Below are positions 11,484-24,804 of a stretch of DNA of 64,000 bases, one piece after another. Source of the DNA: Eledone cirrhosa (taxonomy: Eukaryota); contig OZ024750.1 in assembly GCA_964016885.1 (NCBI GenBank), forward strand, positions 23,312,001-23,376,000, given 5' to 3'. A program made the translations under genes and the position numbers. The notes beneath the pieces were generated by a model. The model had not been told where the DNA came from. It searched no databases and worked only from the letters and a program-made list of their open reading frames with translations. Positions within the stretch are counted from its first letter, which is position 1. The number at the start of each line of letters is the position of its first letter.

Positions 11484-11824
11484 TGATGGCTGCAAACTCT
11501 GCTAAGGGTATTGCATTCGCTTGTCAGATTATAGAGTTTGGTGCACATTTAGGCTACGACCAACCACACGAACCGGTAACATATCCTGAACAAGCAGTGC
11601 CTGTGCTTTGAAGGTTTTTTAAGTGGGGAAAGGTCTTGCACTCGACCAATCCCATTCTCTGAGCATCGAAAACACTACCCGAAAAGGAGAACTGGTCAAC
11701 ACCATCGGATGCTTCCGAAGCCGCAGGTTTTTTTTCAGAGTTTCCCTCTCTTAGAAAAGTGTTGTGACAACTGGAGGCCTTTCACTCCCAGGTGAAAAAA
11801 AAAAAGTACTATTTGGTTGGCCGT
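11484..11824 (-). mobile_element. Third related short element (family C) between CATA tracts
   Basis: Shares the GTCAACA(T/C)CAT...CAGAGTTT(T/C)CC core and the ATGG(TGG)CTGC terminus with families A and B. Confidence 0.6.
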
Positions 11825-12559
11825 TATACATACATACATACATACATACATACATACATACATGGTGGCTGCCAGCTCGTTTTCGAGTACGGCCACTACT
11901 TTATATCCATCTAGGAGGACCCCTACCGATGCGCTGAACGAGTGTGACTTTTTAGTCCAGCCAGCGACTTGAAAACTCTGGTACAAACACTACACTTGTG
12001 ACAATTATTGACACATAGTGCTGGGCCCTTGGTACCATGTGACGACAAGTGCAGAGATATCTCCAGATATAAAGCAATGCCTGTGCCGTGAAGGTTTTAT
12101 AGCACAAAGCCAGTTCCACTCTCTTGACCAAGATGATATTTACCAAAAAGAAAAACAAGTCAATATCATTGGATACCATCAGGGTTGCAGGTGTTATATC
12201 AGAGTTTTCCTTCTCCTAGAATTCTGCCTTGACAAAGGCTAAGGGGTCATCTCTCCCGTTGATTTTGGATGGCCATTGACTCTTAAGAGCTCCTTTGCCC
12301 TTTGACAGGTTTTGTTTTTAGTCCTGCAGGATGTCCAAAGTCACCCTCCTCACCAAGAAACCTTGGTGGGGTTGCCAGTTTAGTCGCCAACGACCCGACC
12401 ATGAGACAGGTTGTACTGGGATACATGTTACCAGTAGCACCAACTGGTGACCTGACATACATACACACACACATACATACATGCATACATACATACATAC
12501 ATACATACATACATACATACATACATACATACATACATACATACATACATACATAGGGA

Positions 12560-12830
12560 AGATAAAAATCCAATCCAATAGGGAGGAATATATTGAGACT
12601 GATGGCTCAAAGGAATATTGGTTGAACCTAAAAGTAATCCTTGCCACCAAATAAAACAGAACTGGCTTGATATTGTTGATTGGGGGTCACACATTAAAAG
12701 CATACTATGTTGTAGACGACAGCTGCTCATATGATGTTAGAAAAATGCAAGAGAAGGAGGATATCTATAGACCAATGGTGGGCAGTGAGCAGATCCAGTA
12801 TCCAAGATACACGTTCAGCTTCATACCCGC
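12560..12830 (+). mobile_element. Degenerate RLE endonuclease-domain fragment of a non-LTR element
   Basis: Frameshifted KEYWLNL.../KQNWLDI.../YYVVDDSCSYDVRKMQEKEDIYRPM...YPRYTFSFIP matches the (R)PDI...VVDVSCP.D...EK..Y..L...F.FIP layout. Confidence 0.6.
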
Positions 12831-13400
12831 ACAGTCATCACCACCACCATCACTACCACAACCACCACCAGCACCGTTAGCACAACCACCGCCACCACAG
12901 TCACCACCACACCCACCACCACCATCACAACCACTACCACCATCACAACCACTACCACCACCACAACAATAACAACCACCACCACCACGACCATACAACT
13001 ACCACAACCACCACCACCACCACCACCACCACCACCATAACCACAAGCACTACCAGCGCTACCATCACCACCACCACAACCCGCTACCACCACCACCACC
13101 ACCGCTACCACAACCACCGCCACCACCACCACAACCACCACCACCACAACAACTACCACCACAACCACCACCACCACCACCACCGCTACCATAACCACCA
13201 CCGCTACCACCACAACTACCGCCACTACCACCGCTACCACAACCACCGCCGCAACCACCACAACTACCGCCACCACCACCACAACCACCACCACCACAAC
13301 AACTACCACCACAGCCACCACCACCACCACCACCGCTACCATAACCACCACCGCTACCACCACAACTACCGCCACTACCACCGCTACCGCTACCGCTGCC
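12830..13400. repeat. Degenerate (CCA)n-type repeat with an internal ~150-bp-period duplication
   Basis: ACC/CCA/CCG triplet runs. Confidence 0.9.
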
Positions 13401-13414
13401 GTGTGGCGGCGTTG

Positions 13415-16400
13415 TCGTTGGTGGTAATGGTTGTGCCAACGGTGGTGGTGATGGTGGTGGTGGTAATGGCTGTGCCAATGGTGGTGGTGGTGGTGGTGGT
13501 GGTGGTGGTGGTAATGGCTGTGCCAATGGTGGTGGTGGTGGTGGTGGTGGTAATGGCTGTGCCAATGGTGGTGGTGGTGGTTGTGGTGGTGGTGGCGGTA
13601 ATGGCTGTGCCAACGGTGGTGGTGGTGGTGGTGGTGGTTGTGGTGGTGGTGGCGGTAATGGCTGTGCCAATGGTGGTGGTGGTGGTGGTGGTGGTTGTGG
13701 TGGTGGTGGCGGTAATGGCTGTGCCAACGGTGGTGGTGGTGGTGGTGGTGGTTGTGGTGGTGGTGGCGGTAATGGCTGTGCCAACGGTGGTGGTGGTGGT
13801 GGTGGTGGTGGTGGTGGTGGTGGTGGTAATGGCTGTGCCAATGGTGGTGGTGGTGGTGGTGGTGGTGGTGGTGGTGGTGGTAATGGCTGTGCCAACGGTG
13901 GTGGTGGTGGTGGTGGTGGTTGTGGTGGTGGTGGCGGTAATGGCTGTGCCAATGGTGGTGGTCGTGGTGGTGGTGGTGGTGGTGGTAATGGCTGTGCCAA
14001 TGGTGGTGGTGGTGGTGGTGGTGGTGGTGGTGGTTGTGGTGGTGGTGGCGGTAATGGCTGTGCCAATGGTGGTGGTGGTGGTGGTGGTGGTGGTGGTGGT
14101 AATGGCTGTGCCAATGGTGGTGGTGGTGGTGGTGGTGGTGGTGGTGGTGGTAATGGCTGTGCCAATGGTGGTGGTGGTGGTGGTGGTGGTGGTGGTGGTA
14201 ATGGCTGTGCCAATGGTGGTGGTGGTGGTGGTGGTGGTGGTGGTGGTAATGGCTGTGCCAACGGTGGTGGTGGTGGTGGTGGTGGTGGTTGTGGTGGTGG
14301 TGGCGGTAATGGCTGTGCCAATGGTGGTGGTGGTGGTGGTGGTGGTGGTGGTGGTGGTGGTGGCGGTAATGGCTGTGCCAATGGTGGTGGTGGTGGTGGT
14401 GGTGGTGGTGGTGGTGGTGGTGGTGGTAATGGCTGTGCCAATGGTGGTGGTGGTGGTGGTGGTGGTGGTGGTGGCGGTAATGGCTGTGCCAATGGTGGTG
14501 GTGGTGGTGGCGGTGGTGGTGGTGGCGGTAATGGCTGTGCCAATGGTGGTGGTGGTGGTGGTGGTGGTGGCGGTAATGGCTGTGCCAATGGTGGTGGTGG
14601 TGGTGGTGGTGGTGGTGGTGGTGGTGGTGGTGGTGGTGGTGGTGGTGGCGGTAATGGCTGTGCCAATGGTGGTGGTGGTGGTGGTGGTGGTGGTGGTGGT
14701 AATGGCTGTGCCAATGGTGGTGGTGGTGGTGGTGGTGGTGGTGGTGGTAATGGCTGTGCCAATGGTGGTGGTGGTGGTGGTGGTGGTGGTGGTGGTGGTA
14801 ATGGCTGTGCCAATGGTGGTGGTGGTGGTGGTGGTGGTGGTGGTGGTGGTGGTGGTGGTGGTGGTGGTGGTAATGGCTGTGCCAATGGTGGTGGTGGTGG
14901 TGGTGGTGGTGGTGGTGGCGGTAATGGCTGTGCCAATGGTGGTGGTGGTGGTGGTGGTGGTGGTGGTGGCGGTAATGGCTGTGCCAATGGTGGTGGTGGT
15001 GGTGGTGGTGGTAATGGCTGTGCCAATGGTGGTGGTGGTGGTGGTGGTGGTGGTGGCGGTAATGGCTGTGCCAATGGTGGTGGTGGTGGTGGTGGTGGTG
15101 GCGGTAATGGCTGTGCCAATGGTGGTGGTGGTGGTGGTGGTGGTGGTGGTGGTGGTAATGGCTGTGCCAATGGTGGTGGTGGTGGTGGTGGTGGTAATGG
15201 CTGTGCCAATGGTGGTGGTGGTGGTGGTGGTGGTAATGGCTGTGCCAATGGTGGTGGTGGTGGTGGTGGTGGTGGTGGTGGTAATGGCTGTGCCAATGGT
15301 GGTGGTGGTGGTGGTGGTGGTGGTGGTGGTGGTAATGGCTGTGCCAATGGTGGTGGTGGTGGTGGTGGTGGTGGTGGTGGTGGTGGTGGTGGTAATGGCT
15401 GTGCCAATGGTGGTGGTGGTGGTGGTGGTGGTGGTGGCGGTAATGGCTGTGCCAATGGTGGTGGTGGTGGTGGTGGTGGTGGTGGTGGTGGTGGTGGTGG
15501 TAATGGCTGTGCCAATGGTGGTGGTGGTGGTGGTGGTGGTGGTGGTGGTGGTAATGGCTGTGCCAATGGTGGTGGTGGTGGTGGTGGTGGTGGTGGTGGT
15601 AATGGCTGTGCCAATGGTGGTGGTGGTGGTGGTGGTGGTGGTGGTGGTGGTGGTAATGGCTGTGCCAATGGTGGTGGTGGTGGTGGTGGTGGTGGTGGTG
15701 GTGGTAATGGCTGTGCCAATGGTGGTGGTGGTGGTGGTGGTGGTGGTGGTGGTGGTGGTAATGGCTGTGCCAATGGTGGTGGTGGTGGTGGTGGTGGTGG
15801 TGGTGGTGGTGGTGGTGGTGGCGGTAATGGCTGTGCCAATGGTGGTGGTCGTGGTGGTGGTGGTGGTGGTGGCGGTAATGGCTGTGCCAATGGTGGTGGT
15901 GGTGGTGGTGGTGGTGGTGGTAATGGCTGTGCCAATGGTGGTGGTGGTGGTGGTGGTGGTAATGGCTGTGCCAATGGTGGTGGTGGTGGTGGTGGTAATG
16001 GCTGTGCCAATGGTGGTGGTGGTGGTGGTGGTGGTAATGGCTGTGCCAATGGTGGTGGTGGTGGTGGTGGTGGTGGTGGTGGTAATGGCTGTGCCAATGG
16101 TGGTGGTGGTGGTGGTGGTGGTGGTGGTGGTGGTGGTAATGGCTGTGCCAATGGTGGTGGTGGTGGTGGTGGTGGTGGTGGTGGTGGTGGTGGTGGTGGT
16201 AATGGCTGTGCCAATGGTGGTGGTGGTGGTGGTGGTGGTGGTGGCGGTAATGGCTGTGCCAATGGTGGTGGTGGTGGTGGTGGTGGTGGTGGTGGTGGTA
16301 ATGGCTGTGCCAATGGTGGTGGTGGTGGTGGTGGTGGTGGTGGTGGTGGTGGTGGTGGTAATGGCTGTGCCAATGGTGGTGGTGGTGGTGGTGGTGGTGG

Positions 16401-19400
16401 CGGTAATGGCTGTGCCAATGGTGGTGGTGGTGGTGGTGGTGGTGGTGGTGGTGGTGGTGGTGGTGGTAATGGCTGTGCCAATGGTGGTGGTGGTGGTGGT
16501 GGTGGTGGTGGTGGTGGTGGTAATGGCTGTGCCAATGGTGGTGGTGGTGGTGGTGGTGGTGGTGGTGGTGGTAATGGCTGTGCCAATGGTGGTGGTGGTG
16601 GTGGTGGTGGTGGTGGTGGTGGTGGTAATGGCTGTGCCAATGGTGGTGGTGGTGGTGGTGGTGGTGGTGGTGGTGGTAATGGCTGTGCCAATGGTGGTGG
16701 TGGTGGTGGTGGTGGTGGTGGTGGTGGTGGTGGTGGTGGTGGTGGTGGTGGTGGTAATGGCTGTGCCAATGGTGGTGGTGGTGGTGGTGGTGGTGGTGGT
16801 GGTAATGGCTGTGCCAATGGTGGTGGTGGTGGTGGTGGTAATGGCTGTGCCAATGGTGGTGGTGGTGGTGGTGGTGGTAATGGCTGTGCCAATGGTGGTG
16901 GTGGTGGTGGTGGTGGTGGTGGTGGTGGTGGTAATGGCTGTGCCAATGGTGGTGGTGGTGGTGGTGGTGGTGGTGGTGGTAATGGCTGTGCCAATGGTGG
17001 TGGTGGTGGTGGTGGTGGTAATGGCTGTGCCAATGGTGGTGGTGGTGGTGGTGGTGGTAATGGCTGTGCCAATGGTGGTGGTGGTGGTGGTGGCGGTAAT
17101 GGCTGTGCCAATGGTGGTGGTGGTGGTGGTGGTGGTGGTGGTGGTGGTAATGGCTGTGCCAATGGTGGTGGTGGTGGTGGTGGTGGTGGTGGTGGTGGTG
17201 GTAATGGCTGTGCCAATGGTGGTGGTGGTGGTGGTGGTGGTGGTAATGGCTGTGCCAATGGTGGTGGTGGTGGTGGTGGTGGTGGTGGTGGTGGTGGTAA
17301 TGGCTGTGCCAATGGTGGTGGTGGTGGTGGTGGTGGTGGTGGTGGTAATGGCTGTGCCAATGGTGGTGGTGGTGGTGGTGGTAATGGCTGTGCCAATGGT
17401 GGTGGTGGTGGTGGTGGTGGTAATGGCTGTGCCAATGGTGGTGGTGGTGGTGGTGGTGGTGGTGGTGGTGGTGGTAATGGCTGTGCCAATGGTGGTGGTG
17501 GTGGTGGTGGTGGTGGTGGTGGTGGTAATGGCTGTGCCAATGGTGGTGGTGGTGGTGGTGGTGGTAATGGCTGTGCCAATGGTGGTGGTGGTGGTGGTGG
17601 TGGTGGTGGTGGTGGTAATGGCTGTGCCAATGGTGGTGGTGGTGGTGGTGGTGGTAATGGCTGTGCCAATGGTGGTGGTGGTGGTGGTGGCGGTAATGGC
17701 TGTGCCAATGGTGGTGGTGGTGGTGGTGGTAATGGCTGTGCCAATGGTGGTGGTGGTGGTGGTGGTGGTAATGGCTGTGCCAATGGTGGTGGTGGTGGTG
17801 GTGGTGGTGGTGGTGGTAATGGCTGTGCCAATGGTGGTGGTGGTGGTGGTGGTGGTGGTGGTGGTAATGGCTGTGCCAATGGTGGTGGTGGTGGTGGTGG
17901 CGGTAATGGCTGTGCCAATGGTGGTGGTGGTGGTGGTGGTGGTGGTGGTGGTGGTAATGGCTGTGCCAATGGTGGTGGTGGTGGTGGTGGTGGTGGTGGT
18001 AGTGGTGGTGGTGGTAATGGCTGTGCCAATGGTGGTGGTGGTGGTGGTGGTGGTAATGGCTGTGCCAATGGTGGTGGTGGTGGTGGTGGTGGTGGTGGTG
18101 GTAATGGCTGTGCCAATGGTGGTGGTGGTGGTGGTGGTGGTGGTGGTGGTGGTGGTAATGGCTGTGCCAATGGTGGTGGTGGTGGTGGTGGTGGTGGTGG
18201 TGGTGGTGGTAATGGCTGTGCCAATGGTGGTGGTGGTGGTGGTGGTGGTGGTGGTGGTAATGGCTGTGCCAATGGTGGTGGTGGTGGTGGTGGTGGTGGT
18301 GGTGGTGGTGGTGGTGGTAATGGCTGTGCCAACGGTGGTGGTGGTGGTGGTGGTGGTGGTGGTGGTGGTAATGGCTGTGCCAATGGTGGTGGTGGTGGTG
18401 GTGGTGGTGGTGGTGGTGGTGGTGGTGGTGGTGGTGGTGGTAATGGCTGTGCCAATGGTGGTGGTGGTGGTGGTGGTGGTGGTGGTGGTAATGGCTGTGC
18501 CAATGGTGGTGGTGGTGGTGGTGGTGGTGGTGGTGGTGGTAATGGCTGTGCCAATGGTGGTGGTGGTGGTGGTGGTGGTGGTGGTGGTGGTAATGGCTGT
18601 GCCAATGGTGGTGGTGGTGGTGGTGGTGGTGGTGGTGGTGGTAATGGCTGTGCCAATGGTGGTGGTGGTGGTGGTGGTGGTGGTGGTGGTGGTAATGGCT
18701 GTGCCAATGGTGGTGGTGGTGGTGGTGGTAATGGCTGTGCCAATGGTGGTGGTGGTGGTGGTGGTGGTGGTGGTGGTGGTAATGGCTGTGCCAATGGTGG
18801 TGGTGGTGGTGGTGGTGGTGGTGGTGGTGGTGGTGGTGGTAATGGCTGTGCCAATGGTGGTGGTGGTGGTGGTGGTGGTAATGGCTGTGCCAATGGTGGT
18901 GGTGGTGGTGGTGGTGGTGGTGGTGGTAATGGCTGTGCCAATGGTGGTGGTGGTGGTGGTGGTGGTGGTGGTGGTGGTGGTGGTGGTGGTGGTAATGGCT
19001 GTGCCAATGGTGGTGGTGGTGGTGGTGGTGGTGGTGGTGGTAATGGCTGTGCCAATGGTGGTGGTGGTGGTGGTGGTGGTGGTAATGGCTGTGCCAATGG
19101 TGGTGGTGGTGGTGGTGGTGGTGGTGGTGGTGGTGGTGGTGGTGGTGGTGGTAATGGTTGTGCCAACGGTGGTGGTGGTGGTGGTGGTGGTGGTAATGGC
19201 TGTGCCAATGGTGGTGGTGGTGGTGGTGGTGGTGGTGGTGGTGGTAATGGCTGTGCCAATGGTGGTGGTGGTGGTGGTGGTGGTGGTAATGGCTGTGCCA
19301 ATGGTGGTGGTGGTGGTGGTGGTGGTGGTAATGGCTGTGCCAATGGTGGTGGTGGTGGTGGTGGTGGTGGTGGTGGTGGTAATGGCTGTGCCAACGGTGG

Positions 19401-19465
19401 TGGTGGTGGTGGTGGTAATGGCTGTGCCAACGGTGGTGGTGGTGGTGGTGGTGGTGGCGGCGGTG
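13415..19465. repeat. ~6-kb compound array [(GGT)n-AATGGCTGTGCCAAT], well over 100 units with variable n
   Basis: Direct reading; near-invariant 15-bp spacer between GGT runs. Confidence 0.97.
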
Positions 19466-19783
19466 ACGGTAAGGTGTAGAGAGAAACGCTGTCATCCTGT
19501 AAACCTGATACTGCACTTGATCACTAATTAGTCAGAGGAATTTGCTGATTGGTTGTATCATCGTCATAATCATCATCATCATCATCATCACCACCACCAC
19601 CACAATTATTACCATCACCGCCACCATCAACATCATTGTCACCATCACCACCAACAACATCACATGTGTTTATCTTTGTATACACACATGCATACATAGA
19701 TATATGCATACATACACACATACATACATATACATGCATGCACACACATGCATGCATACATACATACAAACATACATATATAC

Positions 19784-19815
<32 letters not shown>

Positions 19816-19840
19816 ATATATATATATGTGTGTGTGTGTC

Positions 19841-19906
<66 letters not shown>

Positions 19907-20047
19907 GGATACACAGGTAGCATGGATATTTTCAATTAAAAAAAATTCAACTACAATTTATTTAATTGAAATATTAAGAAATACCATCTGGGAATCGAAC
20001 TCCCGATTGTGAGCTCAACACCTTAACCATTACGTCGCGGGTCTTTA

Positions 20048-20124
<77 letters not shown>

Positions 20125-20559
20125 CACACATACATATATATATATATATACACACACATATATATATATATATATACATACATATATATATATATATATA
20201 TACAACTAATTGTATACATGGATTTAAGGGTGTTACTATTCACCTCAAATTTAACAGTTAAGTTGATCATGTATTCAAGAACGGTTTCATCTCACCTGTT
20301 TTTTTTTTTTATTCATTTATTCATTTATTCATTTATCTATTTTTTGTTCCACCACTGACTATCGTATTACCTGCCCAATGAAAGCCGTGCTTCTACAAAT
20401 ATACACAACAGCTACATTCTCCAACACTTACAGCATTCTCTACTTGCTTCGGCTGCACTAAATTTATCACAGGAAGTTCATCTTAAGAAACTTCAAAGCC
20501 TATGAAAATTACCCTGAAATATTTTCCATGCTTTATATCTTCCCTTCTAGCTACTGATT

Positions 20560-20763
20560 TCATTTTGGATATCATCAGGGAAGATCTCTGAAGGGCCCAA
20601 CATCCTTTTGGAGGATGTAGAGGAGCTGGCATGAGACTGCCAGCGATGGAGGGCGCTGGTGGACCTGGTCAGCTCTACATGCGACCAGGCTTTGGGATCG
20701 TTGGCTTAAGATGACCCAAGATTCGTTGATCCAGCGCAAGAAGAAGAAGAAGAAGAAGAAGAG
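20560..20763 (+). mobile_element. 3' end of an RTE-like LINE with (AAG)n tail
   Basis: EDVEELA*DCQRWRALV resembles the RTE 'AQDR..WR.LV' terminus; AAG tail. Confidence 0.6.
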
Positions 20764-21892
20764 ACTTAGTAGTTAGGATGTTGGATTCGGGCTCATAACT
20801 TCATGGATTTGATTCCTGTGCCAGGTGGTATGTTGTGTTCTTGAATAAAAAACTGTATTTTATATTGCTCCTTCTGCCAGGAGTTGCGCCCGACAGATAC
20901 CATCAGGAACGAAAGACCAATGACAAGATTGCTTCCTAGGTCCGATCTCACAATCGACTCCTTTTCTTTCCCTTCGTATTTTCAGAATTTTTCTTTACCA
21001 ACCCGATCAAGAGCCGCTTTAGTTCGACTTTCATTACATTGCGAAACGCCTTCTCTATTCTGTCCATCATATGGCCAGCGCGTGGGACCCCATTTGTTTA
21101 TAATAGTGAGAGCTGGGGAAGGCGAGAGAGACGGAGGCGATGGCAGTGGAAGTTCGGCTCCTCTGTGTTCGGACCTGGTATACATGTGTGTGTATTTTTA
21201 CACTATCGACCCTTCCTCCATAAACTCACTTTCGTTAAAGCTTGGCCGTCGAGTAAAGAATCCTTAGAATAACATTCTATATAAGAACCATATATTAAGC
21301 TATTATCTTAGTAATGAAATAATTAATTTAGTAAATCCCTCATAATTCTCCATTAATTAGTTGAAATAAAATGTATTTAATTAGGATTATGGCTACAAAA
21401 GGGTTAAATAAAAATCTTTTCTCACAATGTTATATAAGAACTAGATGTTAAGTTACTATCTTAGAAATTAAATATTTAATAATTTCTGTAAATCCCTCAA
21501 AATTCTTCATTAATTAATTGAAATAAAGTGTATTTCATTAGAAATACGTCACGAAATGGGTTTTTTTAATGTTTACCATTTAATCAGGGATGGAAGAGCA
21601 GTCCCTATGACTCTTTTCATGACCTCAAGGCTTATGGGGAAGAGGTGCAGATATTCCTAAACGAAGACCTGTGAGTGAAAGTGGGTAGACAGAAACTGCA
21701 TGGAAGCCTGTTATATGGTTTGTACCTGTAATTCAAATGGCCAGCCTTGTTATGTTGTATTATGTCAATTCTGTATCAAGGGCACACGTATTTGTGGAAT
21801 ACTCAGCCACTTTCACGTTAATCTAATGAGTACATCTTTCTTTCAACTTATCATTTTAGAGATTGGCAGAGTCGTTATGGTGTGATAAAAAC

Positions 21893-22122
21893 CTATATGT
21901 ACAGAATGGCTGACAGAATGGAGAAGACGTTTCGCCGGAGGATGGTAAGGGAGATGCACTGGAAGAACCATTCCATCTCGCGAGGCTCACACCTGCAGCT
22001 GACCAGCTCAACACCTATGGTGGTAAGTAGGGAGGTAGCCCTAGGGCCAAGGACACCAGAAGTCTCCATTGCTAGCGGCTCGACTGCAAACCTGTTGGAG
22101 AGCGACCAATACTTGATTAGAT
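21893..22122 (-). mobile_element. C-terminal RLE region of a CRE-like non-LTR element
   Basis: KYWSLSNRFAVEPLAMETSGVLGPRATSLLTTIGVELVSCRCEPREMEWFFQCISLTILRRNVFSIL matches KY..L...F.PLA.ET.G..GP...QR.S.A..RGN. Confidence 0.7.
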
Positions 22123-22459
22123 AAAATACTTGGTGGTATTCCTTCTAACTATTTATGTTCTGAGTTCAAATCCCACCGAGATGAACTTTGCTTTTTAAGC
22201 TTACCTGCTTGACAAAATAAATTAGCAGTCAAGTAATGGGTTCAGCTTAATCAACTTACCACACCCCTTCTCTAAACCAACCCCCTCTTGTGCCTAGATT
22301 AGAAACCATTATTGTTATTGCCATATGTTATTGTTATTGTTATTATGTTGTTGTTGTTGTTGTTTCTGCAAATGAAAAAAAAATATGAAAAATTAAAATA
22401 CAACTAGATTACGGTCATGTTTTCCATAATGCACCTTACAAAAAATCTATTTCCCATCT

Positions 22460-22495
<36 letters not shown>

Positions 22496-22610
22496 GTGTG
22501 TATATATAGGTGCATATATATTTGTGTGTGTGTGTGTGTGTGTACATATATTCATACACATATATATATATATTCTACTTCCCATATACATAAATATTCA
22601 TATATATGGT

Positions 22611-22644
<34 letters not shown>

Positions 22645-22700
22645 TTCCTCCCATGTACATAAATATTCATACATATATTTGCATACATACATACATATAC

Positions 22701-22763
<63 letters not shown>

Positions 22764-23029
22764 GTATTTCCTTCCATTAATCAGTTGACCATCAGCTCTT
22801 CTACATACAATATCCCAATTGTTAAAGAAGTAGTAACATAGAACTTGTATATGGAATGACCTAATTCCAAGCCTATTAATGACCTACTTTCTTAAATAAC
22901 AGATCTAATGGATAATATATGTTTAGTGTTAGAGTGACAAAATACATCAGTTCATGCTACTGTTTTAACCCTTTCCATATTTCTAATGAAAGACATTGCC
23001 TATGATTTTCAAATAATTTTGAAAATAAT

Positions 23030-23212
23030 TGTTTCTACTTTAGGCACAAGGCCAGCAATTACCAGTGCATTACTGGTACTTTATTTTATCGACCCCGTAA
23101 GGATGAAAGGCAAAGTCAACCTCGGCGGGATTTGAACTCAGATGGTAAAGGGACGTAACTATGCTGGAAAGCATGGCGTCCGACCCTCTACCGATACTGC
23201 CAATCCACCGCC
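23030..23212 (-). mobile_element. Full-length copy of the same tRNA-SINE with an 18-bp TSD, inserted in a TTAA-type MITE
   Basis: AATAATTTTGAAAATAAT on both sides; near-identical to the array units. Confidence 0.9.
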
Positions 23213-24804
23213 AGCCAATAATTTTGAAAATAATCAAGAATTAGGAGACATTTAGTAATATAACTAACTTTGTTATTAAACTTGTGTTTGGAATATAACT
23301 TAAAGTTTATTAGATAAAATTATGATGTGAGGCTTTTTAGATTAATACAAACACTTGAAAACAAAGAGCTATGTATTATGGAATCAGGATCATAACTAAG
23401 CTTCCTTCCTTCCTTGAACAATCAACAAGACCCCAAACCTCATTCATTTACTGTGTCAGACTTCAGAGTGTATGGCTACAATAGTTGCAGCAATATCAAG
23501 GTACTGGGTTCAATCCCATGGTCAGCTATCTTGGGTAAATGTCATTAGCGAGGTGGAACTTATCAGATCAGATCAAGGAAACAATGCTTCAATTGGTTTT
23601 CTCCAATTGCTAATACTATCTACTGGTGCGACCAGCTTCTGGCAGAAATTCAGCTTAATGAGTGTTAGCTTGAGAAATAAACTAATTCATCTTACTAACT
23701 AGTTGGTTAATGAGTTAGCCACGGTAGTTAGCTAAGAGTGTTAGCTAATGAGTTGACTATGAGTCTTAGCCAGTGGGTTTAGTTAAGAGAAGTTAGTTAA
23801 TGTATCATTAAATATTAGGTACATGACCAGAAAATTTAAAAAGGAAGGAAAAGTGGATTACATCAGTCAGCCTCAGTACATAACTGGTACTTTATCTTAT
23901 TAATCCAAGGAGGATGAAAGATAAAGATGATCAACAGAGGTATTTGAACTAAAAATTGTAAAGAGCTGGAGGAAGAAATTCCCAAAATTATTTTGTCTGA
24001 CTCTCTGTTTCAACCAATCCACCATCATAATGTATCACCACATCCACCCAGAGGTCCATAACTCCTGATTGAGTCATAGGAACAAAGCTCATCCCTCTCC
24101 ATGAGAGAGAGAGAGAAATATATAAGAATCTACCCCAGGCGCATGGCTTAGTGGTTAGAGATATAGATTTTCAATCATGAGGTTGCGAGTTCAATTCTCT
24201 GACCAGGTGATGTGTTGTGTCCTCGAGCAAGACACTTTGTTTCATGTTGTCCCTTCACCAGGAGTAGCGACCGGTAGATAGTATCAGCAAAGGAGAGACC
24301 AATGGAATGGGAACATTGTTTCCTTGGTACGATTGGACGAGGTCCACCCCACTTGGCAAGTGAAAGCGGTCTGAGATCTTGTTGATCAATCAGAATGAGC
24401 GAACGACACCAGTACTTAATTGGTACTTTATTTATTGACCTTGAAATGATGAAAGGTAAAGTTGACCTTGGTAGAAATTGAACTCAGATCACAGAGCCAG
24501 AACGAATACCTCAAAGCATTCTATCTTATGTTATAATGACTCTGAAAATCCACTACCTTAATGTATTATAAAATAGTTTCAGTTAATTACTGAGTTAGTT
24601 GTTAAATATATTTAATAACTAATGTATTAGCTAAGGAATATGTTAAATAATTAACATGTTAGCTTCTGAATATGTCAGCTAATAAATGTGTTAGCAGTTA
24701 ATATCATCTAAAAGAACTTGACTAATGAGTTAACTATAATTGTTAGATATATCTTAGGAGGTGGACATGAATACTAATTTAATTTAAAATGTTAGCTAAT
24801 GCAC

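Noticed and set aside
13415-19465. CRISPR-like repeat/spacer appearance
   Set aside because: The 'spacers' are just (GGT)n of variable length; the context is eukaryotic with no cas genes.
12821-19531. 2000+-aa poly-His, poly-Pro and poly-Val ORFs as annotated genes
   Set aside because: Open frames are an automatic property of a GGT-based triplet array. There is no signal peptide, good acceptor or unique domain, so the idea is kept only as a low-probability finding.
21060-21275. Possible solo LTR (TGT...ACA) related to 58300-58385
   Set aside because: Shared ~100-bp homology is real, but no matching TSD, PBS or PPT could be identified.
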